Source: Lingula anatina (taxonomy: Eukaryota > Animalia > Brachiopoda). From it: a DNA stretch of 64,000 nucleotides. Under the pieces are notes generated by a model, which was not told where the DNA came from, searched no databases, and saw only the letters and a list, made by a program, of their open reading frames with translations. The stretch spans positions 29,456,401-29,520,400 of the forward strand of contig CM120641.1 of assembly GCA_051362555.1 (NCBI GenBank). The letters run 5' to 3'. Made by a program: the position numbers and the translations under genes. This document shows, in pieces, positions 41,001 to 54,892 of the stretch (position 1 is its first letter; every line of letters starts with the position of its first letter).

Positions 41001-44000
41001 GAAAAAGGGATTTGAGCAAAATTATATGTTAATTTAAGAATTTTTTTGTATTAGACCTAGTAAGTTGTAAGCACTGTGTTCAGGAATCACTTGTGCCACT
41101 TTGAAATACTTGAGCTGTAATGTCATCAGACAGCATTTGCAAAAAGTAACTGGACATTTTGGAATGCTGTAAATATTTAAAATATCGCTTTGGCTTTCTT
41201 AGGCACCCTTTCATGCAGTGTTATTAAGGTAAATCTACATTGCCTGTGATATAATTTAAAGAGTTTATGATTTAATTTCAGGAAGCTGATGGAAAATTTA
41301 ATTTTGATGTACATAAAGTAATTAACCCACTTACTGGATCAAAGGTCAGTAACTGCATGAAATGTTTTATTTGCTTATTGCATTATTCTCCTGCAGCATT
41401 AAATATTAGAAGGCTGAACAAAATTGAATTTATGAGAAATACAAAAAATTATTAAATGGTTAATGTTGTGGAAAAGTTTTGATGGGAAAAATGAAAAATC
41501 TAATGCTGTTTTGCGGTAACATTTCTATAATTTACTGTTATGCTCAAGATTGAGAAGTGGTATGAAGGCAAGGAAACCTGGGACTCTAAATTTCCTGTGA
41601 TCAGTTCATCATATGAAGAATGCCGTGCTGAGTGTGTGGGTCTTTATCTCTGTTTGTCAGAGACAGTCTTAAGGTAGGCAGAAAAATTGTCTGAATTTCC
41701 TTGATATTTACAAAAAAAATATCTTTTATTATCAAACCTCGTGGCTGCATTTTATGTTTTGTTAAATTTTGGTCATTTAAGTCACAGTCTGTCCTCTTAT
41801 TCCAGTATTTTTGGTCATTCTGGTCAAGAAGCTGATGACCTGGTCTATATTAACTGGCTGAACATGGTGAGGGCAGGCTTTCTGGGACTGGAATTCTACA
41901 GTCCACAGACTCAGGCATGGAAACAGGTAAAACTGTATCTTGTGAAAATTAACATGCACTTTATGATAACAGATGGAGTCACTTGTTGACAAAATATAGG
42001 GTAACAATGGAGGAAGTAAAACGGTATTTTTAACACAATAGTTCTTCAAATGGGCAGATCTGTTGTTTGCCATGTTATTTGCAGCTGAACTGTTATGAAA
42101 TACTAATGGCACTTTTTATGTTCTCCAAGGCGCACATGAATGCTCGTTTTGTGATCCTGCGTGTGCTGCTGGAGGCTGGAAACAACCTGGTGACCGTACA
42201 ACAAACCACAGGAGCAGATGGGGAGCCAGATGTTGTAATACATTTAGACAGAACTAAAATACACACAGTGGGGAAAAAAGCTATTGGGGACTTCTTGCAG
42301 AAACTTCAGGTAAAAAAGTGCCAAAGTTAGTGATTTAACTCTATAACTCTAGGACTTCTTGCTATTGATATGGTCTTGTAGATTTAGAATGAATTAGAAG
42401 AGTACAATTCAACTTGATTCCACTCTGTACAGTGTGTAAGGAGGTAGCAGATATCAGTATGTTTCCACCTGAAAACTTTTCGACTCCCTCATCCATGAGA
42501 GTTGAATTTGGTTGATATTGTTACCTTTTTATACACATCCAAGTTGCCTGTGGATCCATTGAGTTATTCCATTCCACAGCTTATTTAATGAATAATTAAA
42601 ATGTGGCCCAGACCAGTTATTTTTATGTATATATGAGCATATTCTTTAGTAAGAGAAGAAATACAATTGTTCCCACATGTAAATACTATTTTTGAAGTAA
42701 AAACATTACTTTTTGATAAATAGGTCTGATAGTGTTTACAACTGCCAGTAAACACGTATGATCTTTGTTGAGCATGAGTCATATTGTTTTCCAGATTTAC
42801 AAATCTACTGCAGACTATGAGAGTGCAAAAGCAATGTATGACTACTACTCCAAGGTCAGCGATGACCAAGAACCCAAGTTTCAATCTCTGCGAGATATTG
42901 TGATAGCCAGGAAGCAATCAAGGAAGATGTTCGTGCAGTGCAATACAAAGATAAAGGGTGAGATCATAGGCAAACAGCTCTTTAAAATTACATGAAAAAT
43001 GCAAGGTAAAATATCACTTGTAAGCCTAACCAGAAGTTTATTAGATTTGGACCTGCAGGCTGAGGCAGTTCTGATGATGGGTGTAACATACTGGTAGATA
43101 ACGGTGTATTATTTTCCATTATTCATCCAGTTAGGCCATTTGCATGTAAACAGTCTGCTGTGCAGATGTAAATTAAAATCTAAAATGACCCACACTGAAT
43201 TCCAGCCAGCCCTGTGATTCAGAACATATTGAAGACCACAAGTGTATGATAGTATACGAAGTCTCTGTTAGCAGAGTGGGATGTCTGCCTCCTTTTGAAG
43301 GATTTTCTCCTTTTTGTGGATGTTTAATAGGGAGTTAACTGAAGACAATTGCAATTACTGATTGAAGTTGTAAAAAAGAGTAAAAATTCAGGAGAGGTAC
43401 AAGATTTTACTCCCTTTCCAATCTCTTTTCTTATTCCAGTGTTTATATATAGCTCTTAAACTTTGGGTATCCAGTATTAAAAGCATAAGTTCTAAACCTT
43501 ATTATCCTCCCCAGTCATAAACACCATTCTCTTTTCACTTCATTCTGATCCTCAGAAATGGTTATCAAGTGAGGTCAAGTCTGTTCTTTGATTTAGATTC
43601 ATTATGTGTATAACTTAAGAAGGAGGCCTAGAAGTTGGTTAGGTCAGTGTGTTTTGTTTTTAAAATGTTTTGTATAATGTAAAATTATGTTTTGGTAACA
43701 AATACCTAATAATTAGTCTTTGGTTATGTTGAGTTAAGATAGTGCCTCTTTTTAATTCCAAATTATGGGGAACAGGGGATTCCTACCAAAGTAGACTGAC
43801 CAACAGTTTTCTTTGCTCCCTATTTTTGGATGACTCATCAGTTAAGGGATTGGGGTGGGGAATAAAGGCCAGTTTTGAGTGAGAGCCAAATGTTTGATTT
43901 TAAAAGTTTGAGAGAGTGCCTGGATGAAATTACATTTTTTTATGGAGCGTTTAACTGCAGGGTATGGCTAGGATTAGCTGTACCAGGAAATGCTCAGAGC

Positions 44001-44664
44001 TAGTATGGATTTCATTTTAGAATAAAACAAGCTGTTTTTATTGAACTAAAAATACTGGTGTAAGGTCAGATATCTGCTATGAATTGAGAAATAAATTAAG
44101 GGCATTCTGTGCGCTTATGATTGAATGTATGTAATACTTTTTTATGCATTTTAAAAGCATTACTGACCCTGGAACTTTTCCTTTCCCAGAGAAAGAAAAA
44201 ACAAAAGAGAGATACTGAATTTATGTGTATACTTTGCATAAATTTGTCAAGGCTTAGAAATGCATTTATGTGAATGGCAATAACTGTATAGCTGAGTGTC
44301 TGTACTGATATATATGTGAACAAGTGTAGTATTTAACCCACTGTTCAAGATGTGGTGATTGTTGTTTTCAGCACCACCCACAACCTTGTTTTTATTTGCT
44401 TTTGATCCGCATTTTCCATCTCTTTGATGTCTGCTCCTTTTGATCTTAAATATTGTTGTACAGGCTTCCACACAAACATGTGAAGAATCATGTGAAATAA
44501 TTACACTTTTTTTGGCTCCAGGAGATACAGTGGATTTAGTGGAGTATGAGGCATCACCAACAGGAGTGATCCAGTCCTTCAAGGAGCGTTTTCCCAGCAC
44601 TGATATTGATGACAAGCTTCAAACACTGTGGGACATGGACAGCAAATATTTTGAGAACATGTAG
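36025..44664 (+). CDS. DPP3: Dipeptidyl peptidase 3 (M49 zinc metallopeptidase)
   Basis: 18 phase-consistent coding exons: 36025-36192, 36452-36568, 36846-36935 ([15 protein letters not shown]), 37416-37553, 37874-37948, 38264-38345, 38530-38684, 38918-39048, 39373-39431 ([20 protein letters not shown]), 39725-39919 ([10 protein letters not shown]), 40344-40450, 40806-40898 (HELLGH zinc motif at 40857-40874), 41282-41344, 41549-41673 (EECRAE), 41806-41926, 42130-42309, 42795-42957, 44522-44664 (TAG). Confidence 0.97.
38003..38052. repeat. (ATT)n microsatellite
   Basis: Perfect ATT run in a DPP3 intron. Confidence 0.93.
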
Positions 44665-47600
44665 TTGGAAAGCAGTCGAAGCACTAAACTGTAACTGTAG
44701 GACTACTGTATGGCCCATTTTTACAGAAGTTTCAGGAGTATTAAACAGAATTATTGAACAAAATTAATCACATTGTCAGATTCCCATATTTTCATTGCAT
44801 CATAAATTTGTTTGTTGTAATTCAAGACAGTGTATTATTATTATTATTATTATTATTATTTGATTTATTTTTTGTTGGGCAGAGTGTAAGTAAGTGTAAG
44901 TTCAGGAGTGTGTTAGCTGAATATATCTAGTTAAAAAATTTGAAAATAACCAAATGCTTTTAGTAGGTACATTTAGGAAGGACTTTGCTTTTTCATTTGC
45001 ATATACTTCAACACAGCATACTGGTATGTTTTCCTTAAAAGGGAGTTGGTAGAGTAAAAATCATGAAGAAGATAATGATATGCAGTTTTTTTTCTCTTGA
45101 AAATGATTGATTGTGACTCATGTAAACAGTTTTATTAATCATCAGATTGGATGTGATCAGCAGAAGACTTTGAGAAAGAACTCTCCATACAGTTTGTGCA
45201 AAATTCCACTTTGTTGACTAAAATGCTTGATGAATATTAATGTTGAGCAATTGCATTTGTTTTGTTTACATATAATATGAAAAGCACCGGGTTCAAAAAA
45301 AAAATGAAATGTTGATGAAAAGCACAGCATACTGCTGGACAGCATAAGTCATCTCAGTATCTCAGTATCTCCTCAGGACGTTTACCCATCGGCTATCTTT
45401 AAGTACATTAATATAACCTTCTCCTTTGATGCTAAATCTTTTTTTAGCAATGAATGGAAGTCTTTGAGATTTTGTTTCAAAGGTGGTTGTAGTTTGCACA
45501 TATCGGTCCCTAGTGCCTGACATGGGGGCTTGTCAGTTACTGTACTGAGATAATTAGTGCTGACAACCACTGCCTCCCTGTTGGAGTATGGACGTATAAA
45601 TTCTAAGTGCAAGGAGCATAGTACGTTTTAACTCTGATGAATACGGGCATACCTAAAAAAGAAGGATTACTCCAATACAGATAGAAGATATCAGTACCCA
45701 TTGACCAGTTATTGTCACCCTGAGTTCCAGAGGTCAGTGGAAACCCCTCTCTCTCTCTCCTACCCTCTACCAGGGTCACAGATTGATTTTTTTTCTAGAT
45801 ATTCACATACATACTGGTGATACTGGCCAACTCTTGACACGATTTTCTGCTGCTGAAGAAAAAATGCCCATATTTAATCTGCAGCAAAGGTAGAGAGGGT
45901 ACCTCTTTCCTATCAGTATGCCCCTGACCAACCACTGCTTGAAACAGCAGAGGCTTGTCGAAAGCGGAGTGGTGAGTTTTCAATGGCCTCTTAAATTCAG
46001 GGTGGCTAAAGCTGAACACGCTGTCTTACTAGTTGGCACAGAATTACTGCATAATGTTTTTTGAAAATGAGTGCATGTTTAAACGCTATTTTTATCCGAA
46101 AGAAAATGTTAACGAGAAGATAAAATTTGAACTGCACCTTCAATTTTTCCGATGAAGCATAATAAATATAAAATCAAGGTTAAAAGCGCGGTGTGACCGT
46201 AACATCAAGCTAATATAAGAAACTTGGCAAGCGGTTGACCGCACGCGCTCGGGCACGCGCACGTGTTATTCAACATATTACGGCCTACCGACGCGTAACA
46301 CTGCGTGCAAGGCTGCATGCCTGCACCTCAAACGGGAGTCTGGCAAGTTCAGTGATATGAAATCGAAAACAAGGGCCAAAACAAATAACCTTTGCACGAA
46401 TTCCGTGCCAAAACAATTTGCGTCGTTCAACTTTCTCCTCAGTTAGTTTGTTTTTAATTGAAGAAAAAACATTCATATTCTGGGAACTATTAAATTTTGG
46501 ACCAGATTTCGAACAATACAGCTTCTTTATAAATATGGTAAATATTTATTTTGGCATATTTCTGGGGTTTTCTTCTTTCTGTTTGCTCATTATAATATTA
46601 CAAGGCCACACACTGCTTACTGTTTGAAGTTGTTCGTACACATTTCTCGGACGCAGCTGTTGGAAGCCAGAAATAGCTTTTTCGAACTGAGTCACATTAC
46701 ACTGAAATGTTCAATCAACTGGGCTTAGCCTTGAACGTCGTTAGAGAAACTACGTCCTTCTAAACCAAACAAACATCGATGGTAGATTTCCTTCATTCTG
46801 TGAAAGTATGCCGTTTTCATTGTCACAACTAACCACTCGCTATCATTTTCGCGGTGATGGTGGTTGGGGAGTGGGGATAAGGGGGTGAGGAGGGCAGCTT
46901 TGTGGTGGTGATCATAAAAATAACAGTTAATATATATCAGTATCACCCACCGTCACATCAAAACTACCTTCATTTCTGACTTATTTATTTGATTATTTTA
47001 TCACATTTCATCACTTCAGCGTTATTTTCTTATATTTATTATGAATATTTAAGTATCTTTTTCTACAAATCCATTCCCGTTGTCGAGATTTGATTATTCT
47101 TATTTATGATAATTCAAATCTCATTTATTTATCTATTTTCAATGCAATTTGTTTTATCATTACGAATATATCGGAAGTCATGCTATCACATACAGTGAGT
47201 CCGGAAGCTTAAAAACTCTCTACGTGCATTTATAGAAAGTGGAAATATCTGCTTCATGATCTAACTGAAAATATCTCAATTCCACCCACACCTTTTATTG
47301 AGTTCGCATTAGTGAAGATATAATTGACAAATATGTCAGTAAACGGTAGCATTCCAGCCAGTCTGCGGTTTCACTTAAAGACTTTGGAAGTGTCAATCAA
47401 CGACAGTGAGGGGAAAGCGAAACAATTACGAGGTCAAGAGTCAGTGATTTTATTGTGTATAATGATAGCTAAAGTAGACAGTAATGCGATGCTAAAGACA
47501 ACATTTCTAGAATTTTCTTTCCCCACATGTTGGCAACTTCGAATGTCTTGGTGTCGAGATGGAATGCGACAGAATAGAGTCGCTCGGCCGCTTCGTGATA

Positions 47601-47868
47601 CTGGAAATGTGACTCTGACATGTGAATGACGTTTGTACGGTAACAATATCAATAATGACGAAATCGTGTAAACGAATTCCAAACCATAGATGTCTAAGGG
47701 TATCTCCGCCCGCTCGGACATCGCTCCGAGCCATTCTTCTCTCGGGTGAAAGGTCAAATTGCTTTTCTTAACGAAAACATCCTGTTAAGAAACGATTACT
47801 TTGGTATGAAAACATAGTAAACATAATTCTCTCCTTCACGTCGCGATCGGTATGTGGGAGGAAGGAGC

Positions 47869-47876
47869 TATAAATA
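47869..47876 (+). promoter_or_regulatory. TATA box of the Kunitz mosaic gene
   Basis: TATAAATA about 70 bp upstream of the ATG at 47938, with initiator-like TCA motifs 25-35 bp downstream. Confidence 0.65.
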
Positions 47877-47937
47877 TCAACACGTCCTCTCGCTCAGCTG
47901 ATTCACCAAGAGTAGATGAACTTGTACACATTACACG

Positions 47938-50900
47938 ATGAAACACGTGCTTCTGATGTTCGGCTTTTTACAGGTAAGATATCTTTTGATTCAAATTCAT
48001 GAAACTTTATAAGGTGATATTTGAGGAAATTCAGTTTAATTGTGTGAAGGGCTAGGGGTTAATTGTGAAGGTTAGTTTTTAAAAATGAAAAGTGCACGTG
48101 TCCTTTCTCTTAGCTACGCAACATGTGCGGCATGTAGTTGACTATCACTGAGTAAAACGCACAACTTTCGGATTTACCGGTGCTGTTACAACCAATTATA
48201 TAAAGATAAGAAATAACACGTCAAGTGTCATAGAACGTATTATCTAGACTTTTATTATCGCACCGCTTTTTGTGTAAATACATCCCATTGCAAGATATTT
48301 CGGAAAAATTACACAAGCAAACTCGTATGGAATACTATTACACTTGATTAGACTTCATTTTGACTAAACCTCCATCGTCTCTTTGAGTTGTTGCTAACCT
48401 CCTGATTATTGCATATCTGCAAATCGTGGGGAAAATAAGAAAAATTAGACGTCACCACCATTAGTATTACCAGTTAAACTATTACTACAATCAGTACTCG
48501 GTCCGAAAGTAAGTTGCAATGGTAAAAGTCGACTTTTTATGTCCCCCAGGGAGTTTGTTTGCGTTTTTTCTCTTAGCAAAACGTGGTATTCGCATAATTT
48601 CGTGTGTTTTATTGCGATTATTGAGTTCCAATAACATGTAGTTATGGCTAGTAGTAAGGAAGGGAGTAGTAAAGAAGGAAGAGTCACATTCCGAGGTGGA
48701 GGGGTACCCTCTGCCAGGGCGACATCGATTTTCCACAGATATTCACAGATATGTCTCTAGATAAATAGAGTCATTTTGGTCTGATGTGGGGGGGGGGGGG
48801 GGGAATGAAATTTGTTGGATGTGGGCCATACAAGTGGTCGTCTATTGCGGTCAGTTTTGCTGTTATTTTTCATCCCAGTACTCTAACTATGTCTTAACCC
48901 GTATTTCAGTGGACTGCTGGCAGTATCCTAGCACCGCTGCCTTCCTACCTTCTCTACCCACAGGGAGATAAACCCGACAAAACTTACTCCAGGAAATGTG
49001 ACAAGAAATGCCCTTATGGGTATGAGAGCGACGTGGAGGGGGTGTCGTTGTGCCAGTGCCATAACCCGTGCTCGGTAAAGTGTAAATTACATTCATTTTA
49101 TTTCTATAGTGCGAGCTGTATACAGCGTCAGTGTTCATTTATCATGTGTGATAAGTGAACAGCAACAGATATAATGAAGAGCGAAAGATGATAGCGAGGT
49201 GGAAAATAAACAAATTACAGTATTTGCATGGAGAAAAAAACAGGTGGAGATAATGACTAGATATACAATGAAGCGAAACATAAAACAAATATTTTATAAA
49301 AGATATATCAAATGGATAACTATGAACTTTGCAGTCACAGTTTCATGAGCCCACCGAGTAACGGTATGAGGCTTTAAAAGAAGTGGGAAGGGTTCGACAC
49401 AGCTGTTTTTGGCTACGGGTCCAAAATCAAATATTTCTACGAATGTCCTTCACCACTCCATTCCTCCTATTCACTCTTTACTTGAAGCTTATTTTGCTAG
49501 GGCGTGAATACAGCGCTGAATACAGAATAGGATAGGAGGCGACAGTAGTAAAGTATTGAAAGTTTTAATAAAAGTATGGAACAATAGCAGAATGTCATAA
49601 ACTCTGAATGGGCGTTGTGGATTTTTATCCTGCCAGTTGCATTCTGTATGATTTAATGCTTTCTTTTGTGCACGCATGCTCTTAAACATAACTCTTAGTT
49701 ATAGCTCTCATTTTCTTTCTTCTCTTCTCCCACCCCCTCCCTCCTCATGCATCGTTCTTTTCTTTCTCGTGTGCGCTTTCACGTCTCCGTGCTCTTAATC
49801 CCGTCCTCTTCTCAGTCCTCTTCATCTCCTCTTCCCCAACTATCTTCCCCTTTTTATCACAGTAGAGAGTATAGTATTATAGTGTTAGCGGGAGCAGCAC
49901 AATTGTTTACAGTCTCTTTTTCTGCTGTAATTTCAGAGCGTCATGTGTCTTGATGGGTTCCAGTGCGTCGTTCAAAAGCCCAAGCTTTGTAACCAGGAGT
50001 TTTGCAGATATTTCGCATCGTGTAAAGGTATAAATTCATCAAAGCATTCGAGACTTGAGCTTCACTTTGTAGTCACTTGCCTTTTAAGCTGTGCGTATCA
50101 TTTGTGGGGCGGGGGAATCTCCAGAATCCGCCATTGATTTTACGAAGGCGAAGAAATATCTATATACTTCCTACTGGGGTATATGCTGTGACAACTACAA
50201 AAATGCGTTTGATTTTTGAAAAAGAGCCTTGAACATTATAGTAACACGTGCACGTTTCATTTGAACCCGGTGTTTTGTATCTTCAAACAAACAAAAAATA
50301 TTAGTGAAATCCGAGATAGGCGTAACCACTATCGAGAGGGTCTAAACGGGTTAGCCTCGCATTATTAGCTGAGATTACATTTGACAAATATCACAATATA
50401 ACGTGATGTATGGGGTTCGTGAAACGATTTGATGAATCCATGCCCATTTCATTTAGAGCCCTATTTTGTAGAAAGATTGTTGACATCCAACCACCGCTCA
50501 AGGTCACAAACGGCCTAACAACTAACAAGGCTTTCAGTCTTACATATCCAACTTTTCAACAAGGTGCCCTGTTGTTAAAGATCTCGTTATGTTAAAGATT
50601 TGCCAAAGAAAGTAGTTCTCGAAAGCATTAATTAATTTGAACGACTACTCTAGTTTTTATTTTTCGAAAACAGATGGGGTCAGTGACAGGTTCTTAACCG
50701 TTTTGAAAATTGTACCAAAAGCACAACAGGGCTGACAATACAGTGATCTCCCCTTGTTCACTGCACCGCGTGTTGGGTAAACATTCTCTTTTAACGTAAC
50801 ATACTCGTGCCCTGGGATGGCAATCAACTGGAGGTCATCGCAGGGTCAAAATAACTTTCTCCACCCAGGGCAATCACTAGATCTTAATGCACCCATTTAA

Positions 50901-53900
50901 CGAGTTGACAGAACTGACATTTCATAAGATTAAATAAAGAAAAATACGCAAGGTATGCAGAAACCTAATGTTTTGCAGAAAAGGCTTGTTATTTTAAGTT
51001 GTAAGACAAGAAAATGCCATACATGTCATGTCAAAACATAATCTTACATAAATAGAAGAGTTCAACCCACAATATTCTCTGGTGTCGGGTAAAGTCGTGT
51101 GCGTGTTTGTCAACAAATCTACAAGGCCATTAACTGTGTTCAAAGTATCAATTTAGGGCAGATAACAGGTTGACGTACTCCCCACAAGGAGCACGTATTT
51201 GAATCCTTCATCGGAAGCCGAGATGTCAAAATATCGAATTCTCTCTGTTATTTAATGGACGTGCTTATAATTCGCATTGCTCAATGCCAGCAGCACTTAC
51301 TGTGAGATATAAAATTGGGTTAAATACAAAAACTCAATCTAGTTGGTGAAATTCATGAGGGCAAAGGAAATATTTATGGGGATGTTGTCCCACGGCTTCG
51401 GTTTCAGGCCTGTAGCTAAATACCCAGGTACGCCTGGCAGGCCAGTTAATGCTTTTTGACAAAAATGGAGGCATATTAGCAGTCAAAGTAGTTGTACATA
51501 ACTTTACCGCTATTTATGAACCTATCCAAATAACATTATGTGAACGGAAGTCAAATGCACGCTTTTGTGGGAGCAGTTAAGTTCCATTAAAATACGATTT
51601 CCACTGATAACGTACCCCCCCCCCCCCCCCCCCCCCCAACACACACACAATACGGCCTGGGAGGTTGTAGTGGCAAGCTATTCACAAGTATATAATGATA
51701 ATCCCATTCTTCTATCGCGGTTATTTCAAATGATATTTAAGGTTTGGACTCGCAGAGAACTGCAAGTAGAAAAAAAGTGAGTAGGCCTAGTTTTAAAGGC
51801 ATAGGGGACGTGCTTTATTTAGTAAAAGAAAACGAGTTATGTGATTAATAACATTTGCATAACTTGAACGTGCTTTGTAAAATGATTATTTAAAATTGAT
51901 AAGTTGATAAAAACATCAAAACTCGAGAATACGTAATATAATTAATATAAAATTAATGCCACTGAATATTTACTTCTTTGAACGGTAGCATATAAGCATT
52001 TTAAAAACGCTATTCTAATAGTAATATTTGGCTTCGGAGGACAATGCAAGCCTACTGGATTAAAGCATTGTATGTATTTCATTTTTTCAGATGTGAACGT
52101 ATGTGCACTAACCCATCTAGACAACTCACATCAGTGCACAACCGGGATGACGAGGTGGTACTATGACCAAAAGACAGGGAAGTGTCGCCGTTTCTTTGGC
52201 TGTCGCGGAAAGGGCAACAACTTTTCACGGAAGTGGGAGTGTAAGCGCAAATGCCACCCAAAGTTTGCAGGACTAGAGGTGCCGCCTAGAATTCGAAACA
52301 AGCTGAAGAGGAGGAAGCACAGCAGAAAAGTGAACCGAGAACGTATTAATAATAGGCCAAGTTTCCACTCCACACGTCAAGAGGAAGCGAAAAAAGGTGG
52401 GGTCAAGTTGCAGGATAGCCAGCTGGTTTAGCGTGGAATTTTAGTTAAACTGGGAAAGTATAGCCAGAGGTCCCTTTAAAGCAACAACAAGCCCATAGTT
52501 TTCGATTTATTCTAAGTTAAACCCTAAAACGAATAAGATTTATATACAAAACCTCAGAGTGCCTAGCTGTCTAAGGTACATTTTTTCTGCTGCGTTCAAC
52601 AAACATCGGCATTCAACAACATGTGCTGCATGTGCTTTTCAATTAGTGGGCCGATTAAAAAAGCAAGTTCCAACAGAGGAGGAAAGGGATGGTTCAGTTT
52701 AGCCTCACAGTTAAGTCAGCTGTTAGAGAGTAGTTGCCAAATGGCGTATCTGCTTATCCCGCAGTTGATAATAGCTCACTAGTCTTTTAAGACTTAAATG
52801 TATTACGCCGAGGATAAACTTTTTGACAGACAATCCATTTTCAGTGCTTTACATCACGCGTTTAGTTATTTCTGTTATTTGGTAGTACTGGAATGAATAT
52901 ACACTCGAAGCACTCATGCCGAAGTACCCGGTTTCGTGTCGTAAACAGCAGCGTTATAAAGAGAAATTCCGATTGTGGATCACGTGCCGGATATATAAAC
53001 CTAGTTAAATCACTACAAATGGAAACGCCTTAAAAACGAATGCCAATAATGGATCAAAAGCCGTCGAATTTACCCTGCCGTACACTAGCGGATTCAGTAA
53101 TCAAATAAACCAGTTGAACAAAATGTGATCTAATCTGTTCAAGATTCGGTTATCACGTATGACTGAACAAAGATTTTTTTATCTGAAAGTGAACAATATC
53201 AGTATAAGACCAATGCCTTTGGAATGTGCAAATATTCGTTTCTTAAGTCTATTCTGTCAATCCTTTGACGCACAAATCGCTCATCCCTTTTTCGCGAATT
53301 ACAAAAATCTGCCCCCTTTAGCCCCCAGTGGCACGCTAACCACAGGAATGCACTTAAAGTAAAGAAACATCAGTGTGACAGCTCGTTATCCCAAGTGTGG
53401 GTGGAACGTGCTATTTTAGTTTCAACGTCTCAGTCACCACGTGTTGCGTTACCCGTGTTAGGTGCCAGGATTCCCAACAGTAGAGTAGGCCTCTCTTCAA
53501 ATTAGGGCACGTAAAAATTACATTCCATTGCTCGATATTGACTCAATTATTAGAATTATTGGAAACGCAACTACAAGAAACCAAACCAATGTATTGTCGT
53601 AGACAATAGTAGTTTTCACTCTATAATTTTTCGCAATAAATAAAAGAATCCAGTTATTATTCAGAATAATTTATATATAAGAATAACAGACCCAAAATTT
53701 GCTTACGTAACAAACTTATATTTCTAGATACTCGCAGATACGTTATGATTGCGATATGATATCATTTACAAAAAAAAAAAAAAAAAAAAAAATTCAACGT
53801 CATAAATAATAGCAGAATCCTCCTTAGATAACTGCTGTTGGTAAAAAGTGTTTGTATATAAAAAAGACTTCGGAATCTACAAGGAACTTATCTCTTTAAC

Positions 53901-54436
53901 CACCATGTTTTGCTGTTCGCAGCATCATAGGTAGGTTTAAGTCCCAGTCAGTACCATATTTTCAGGGTGGGTGGAGACCATGATCATTCATGACCACAGG
54001 TATAGACTATGGCCTTTGATATGTAAACTTAATTGATTTATTCAACGCTACATTTTCATGGTCGAAAAGGTTGTCAGTTCACGGACCAATGAAATGTTCT
54101 TGTTGAAGACCGCTTGGATACTCCTTCCAATCTCATCATATCATAGACGAGTATGTTTTCACCTTACAGTATGAAAATAGTTTTTAAGATTTCTTTTGAT
54201 TTCACTTTTTTCCAGATTTGTCAACGCCCGTCATGGAATATAAAGCCAAAACGTTAGAGCTCCAGTTCCCTACATGTCCGCCTGACGCCCCGTTTCAGCA
54301 GTGTCCTATCCACCCCTGCAGCCATTGCAGAAATAGGAACATTATCTGCATCCCAAATTTTTGTGGAAAATGCGGGGCTTTTTACCTGCATTTACAGACA
54401 GGAAAAATGTTAGAACGGTGCTCAGTGCCTGGCTGA
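47938..54436 (+). CDS. Secreted cysteine-rich mosaic protein (signal peptide, antistasin-like, FOLN-like, BPTI/Kunitz, basic linker, 8-Cys module), ~272 aa
   Basis: Exons: 47938-47973 (MKHVLLMFGFLQ), 48910-49074 (WTAGSILA...CDKKCPYGYESDVEGVSLCQCHNPCS), 49937-50027 (VMCLDGFQCVVQKPKLCNQEFCRYFASCK), 52091-52396 (CALTHLDNSHQCTTGMTRWYYDQKTGKCRRFFGCRGKGNNFSRKWECKRKC, then K/R-rich), 54216-54436 (CPPDAPFQQCPIHPCSHCRNRNIICIPNFCGKC...C, TGA). Phases 0,0,1,1 are consistent. Confidence 0.82.
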
Positions 54437-54715
54437 GATAAGCAGAAAATGGTGAATGTTTATTTCATATCAAGAGGAATAAAACGGGGAAGTTATCTAC
54501 CATGAGCGTAATCCTTTGTTCCAGACGACGTAATTCGACAACATCTTGCAAGATTTCGTCTGCTCGTTGCCGCTTCACTGGGTGAAATTTTAACAAATTT
54601 ATTGAAAACAACAGTGAAAGGACGGTACGACTACGCGTGGTAATTTGTTTTTCGACATGGGGAATTATTTTCCTTGTATCTCTCAGCTTCATCTCTAACC
54701 ACATTTCTCCTACAG

Positions 54716-54892
54716 GTATGGAGGACGGCTGTGGCTTTCAAAGAGACCTATCGAAATCTGCGTCCAAACAAAATTTTAGTCAGTGGCAATTCAATTCAAC
54801 TGGCAACAAAATCAAAGACAAATGCGCAACTCCCCGCGCGGAGGACAGTACAGTATTACACCAATGGCACTATTGGTACACCATCCGCATAA
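54716..54892 (+). other. candidate terminal exon downstream of the in-frame TGA of the Kunitz gene
   Basis: Branch-like CTCTAAC, a pyrimidine tract and TACAG acceptor at 54693-54715. The phase-0 frame is open for 58 codons. A matching donor ATG|GTGAAT lies at 54451/54452. Confidence 0.5.

Noticed and set aside
45300-45790. Telomerase RNA or C/D snoRNA
   Set aside because: No CTAACCC-type template upstream of the ACA-ended hairpin. The C box is non-consensus (CTGATGA) and there is no recognisable rRNA guide.
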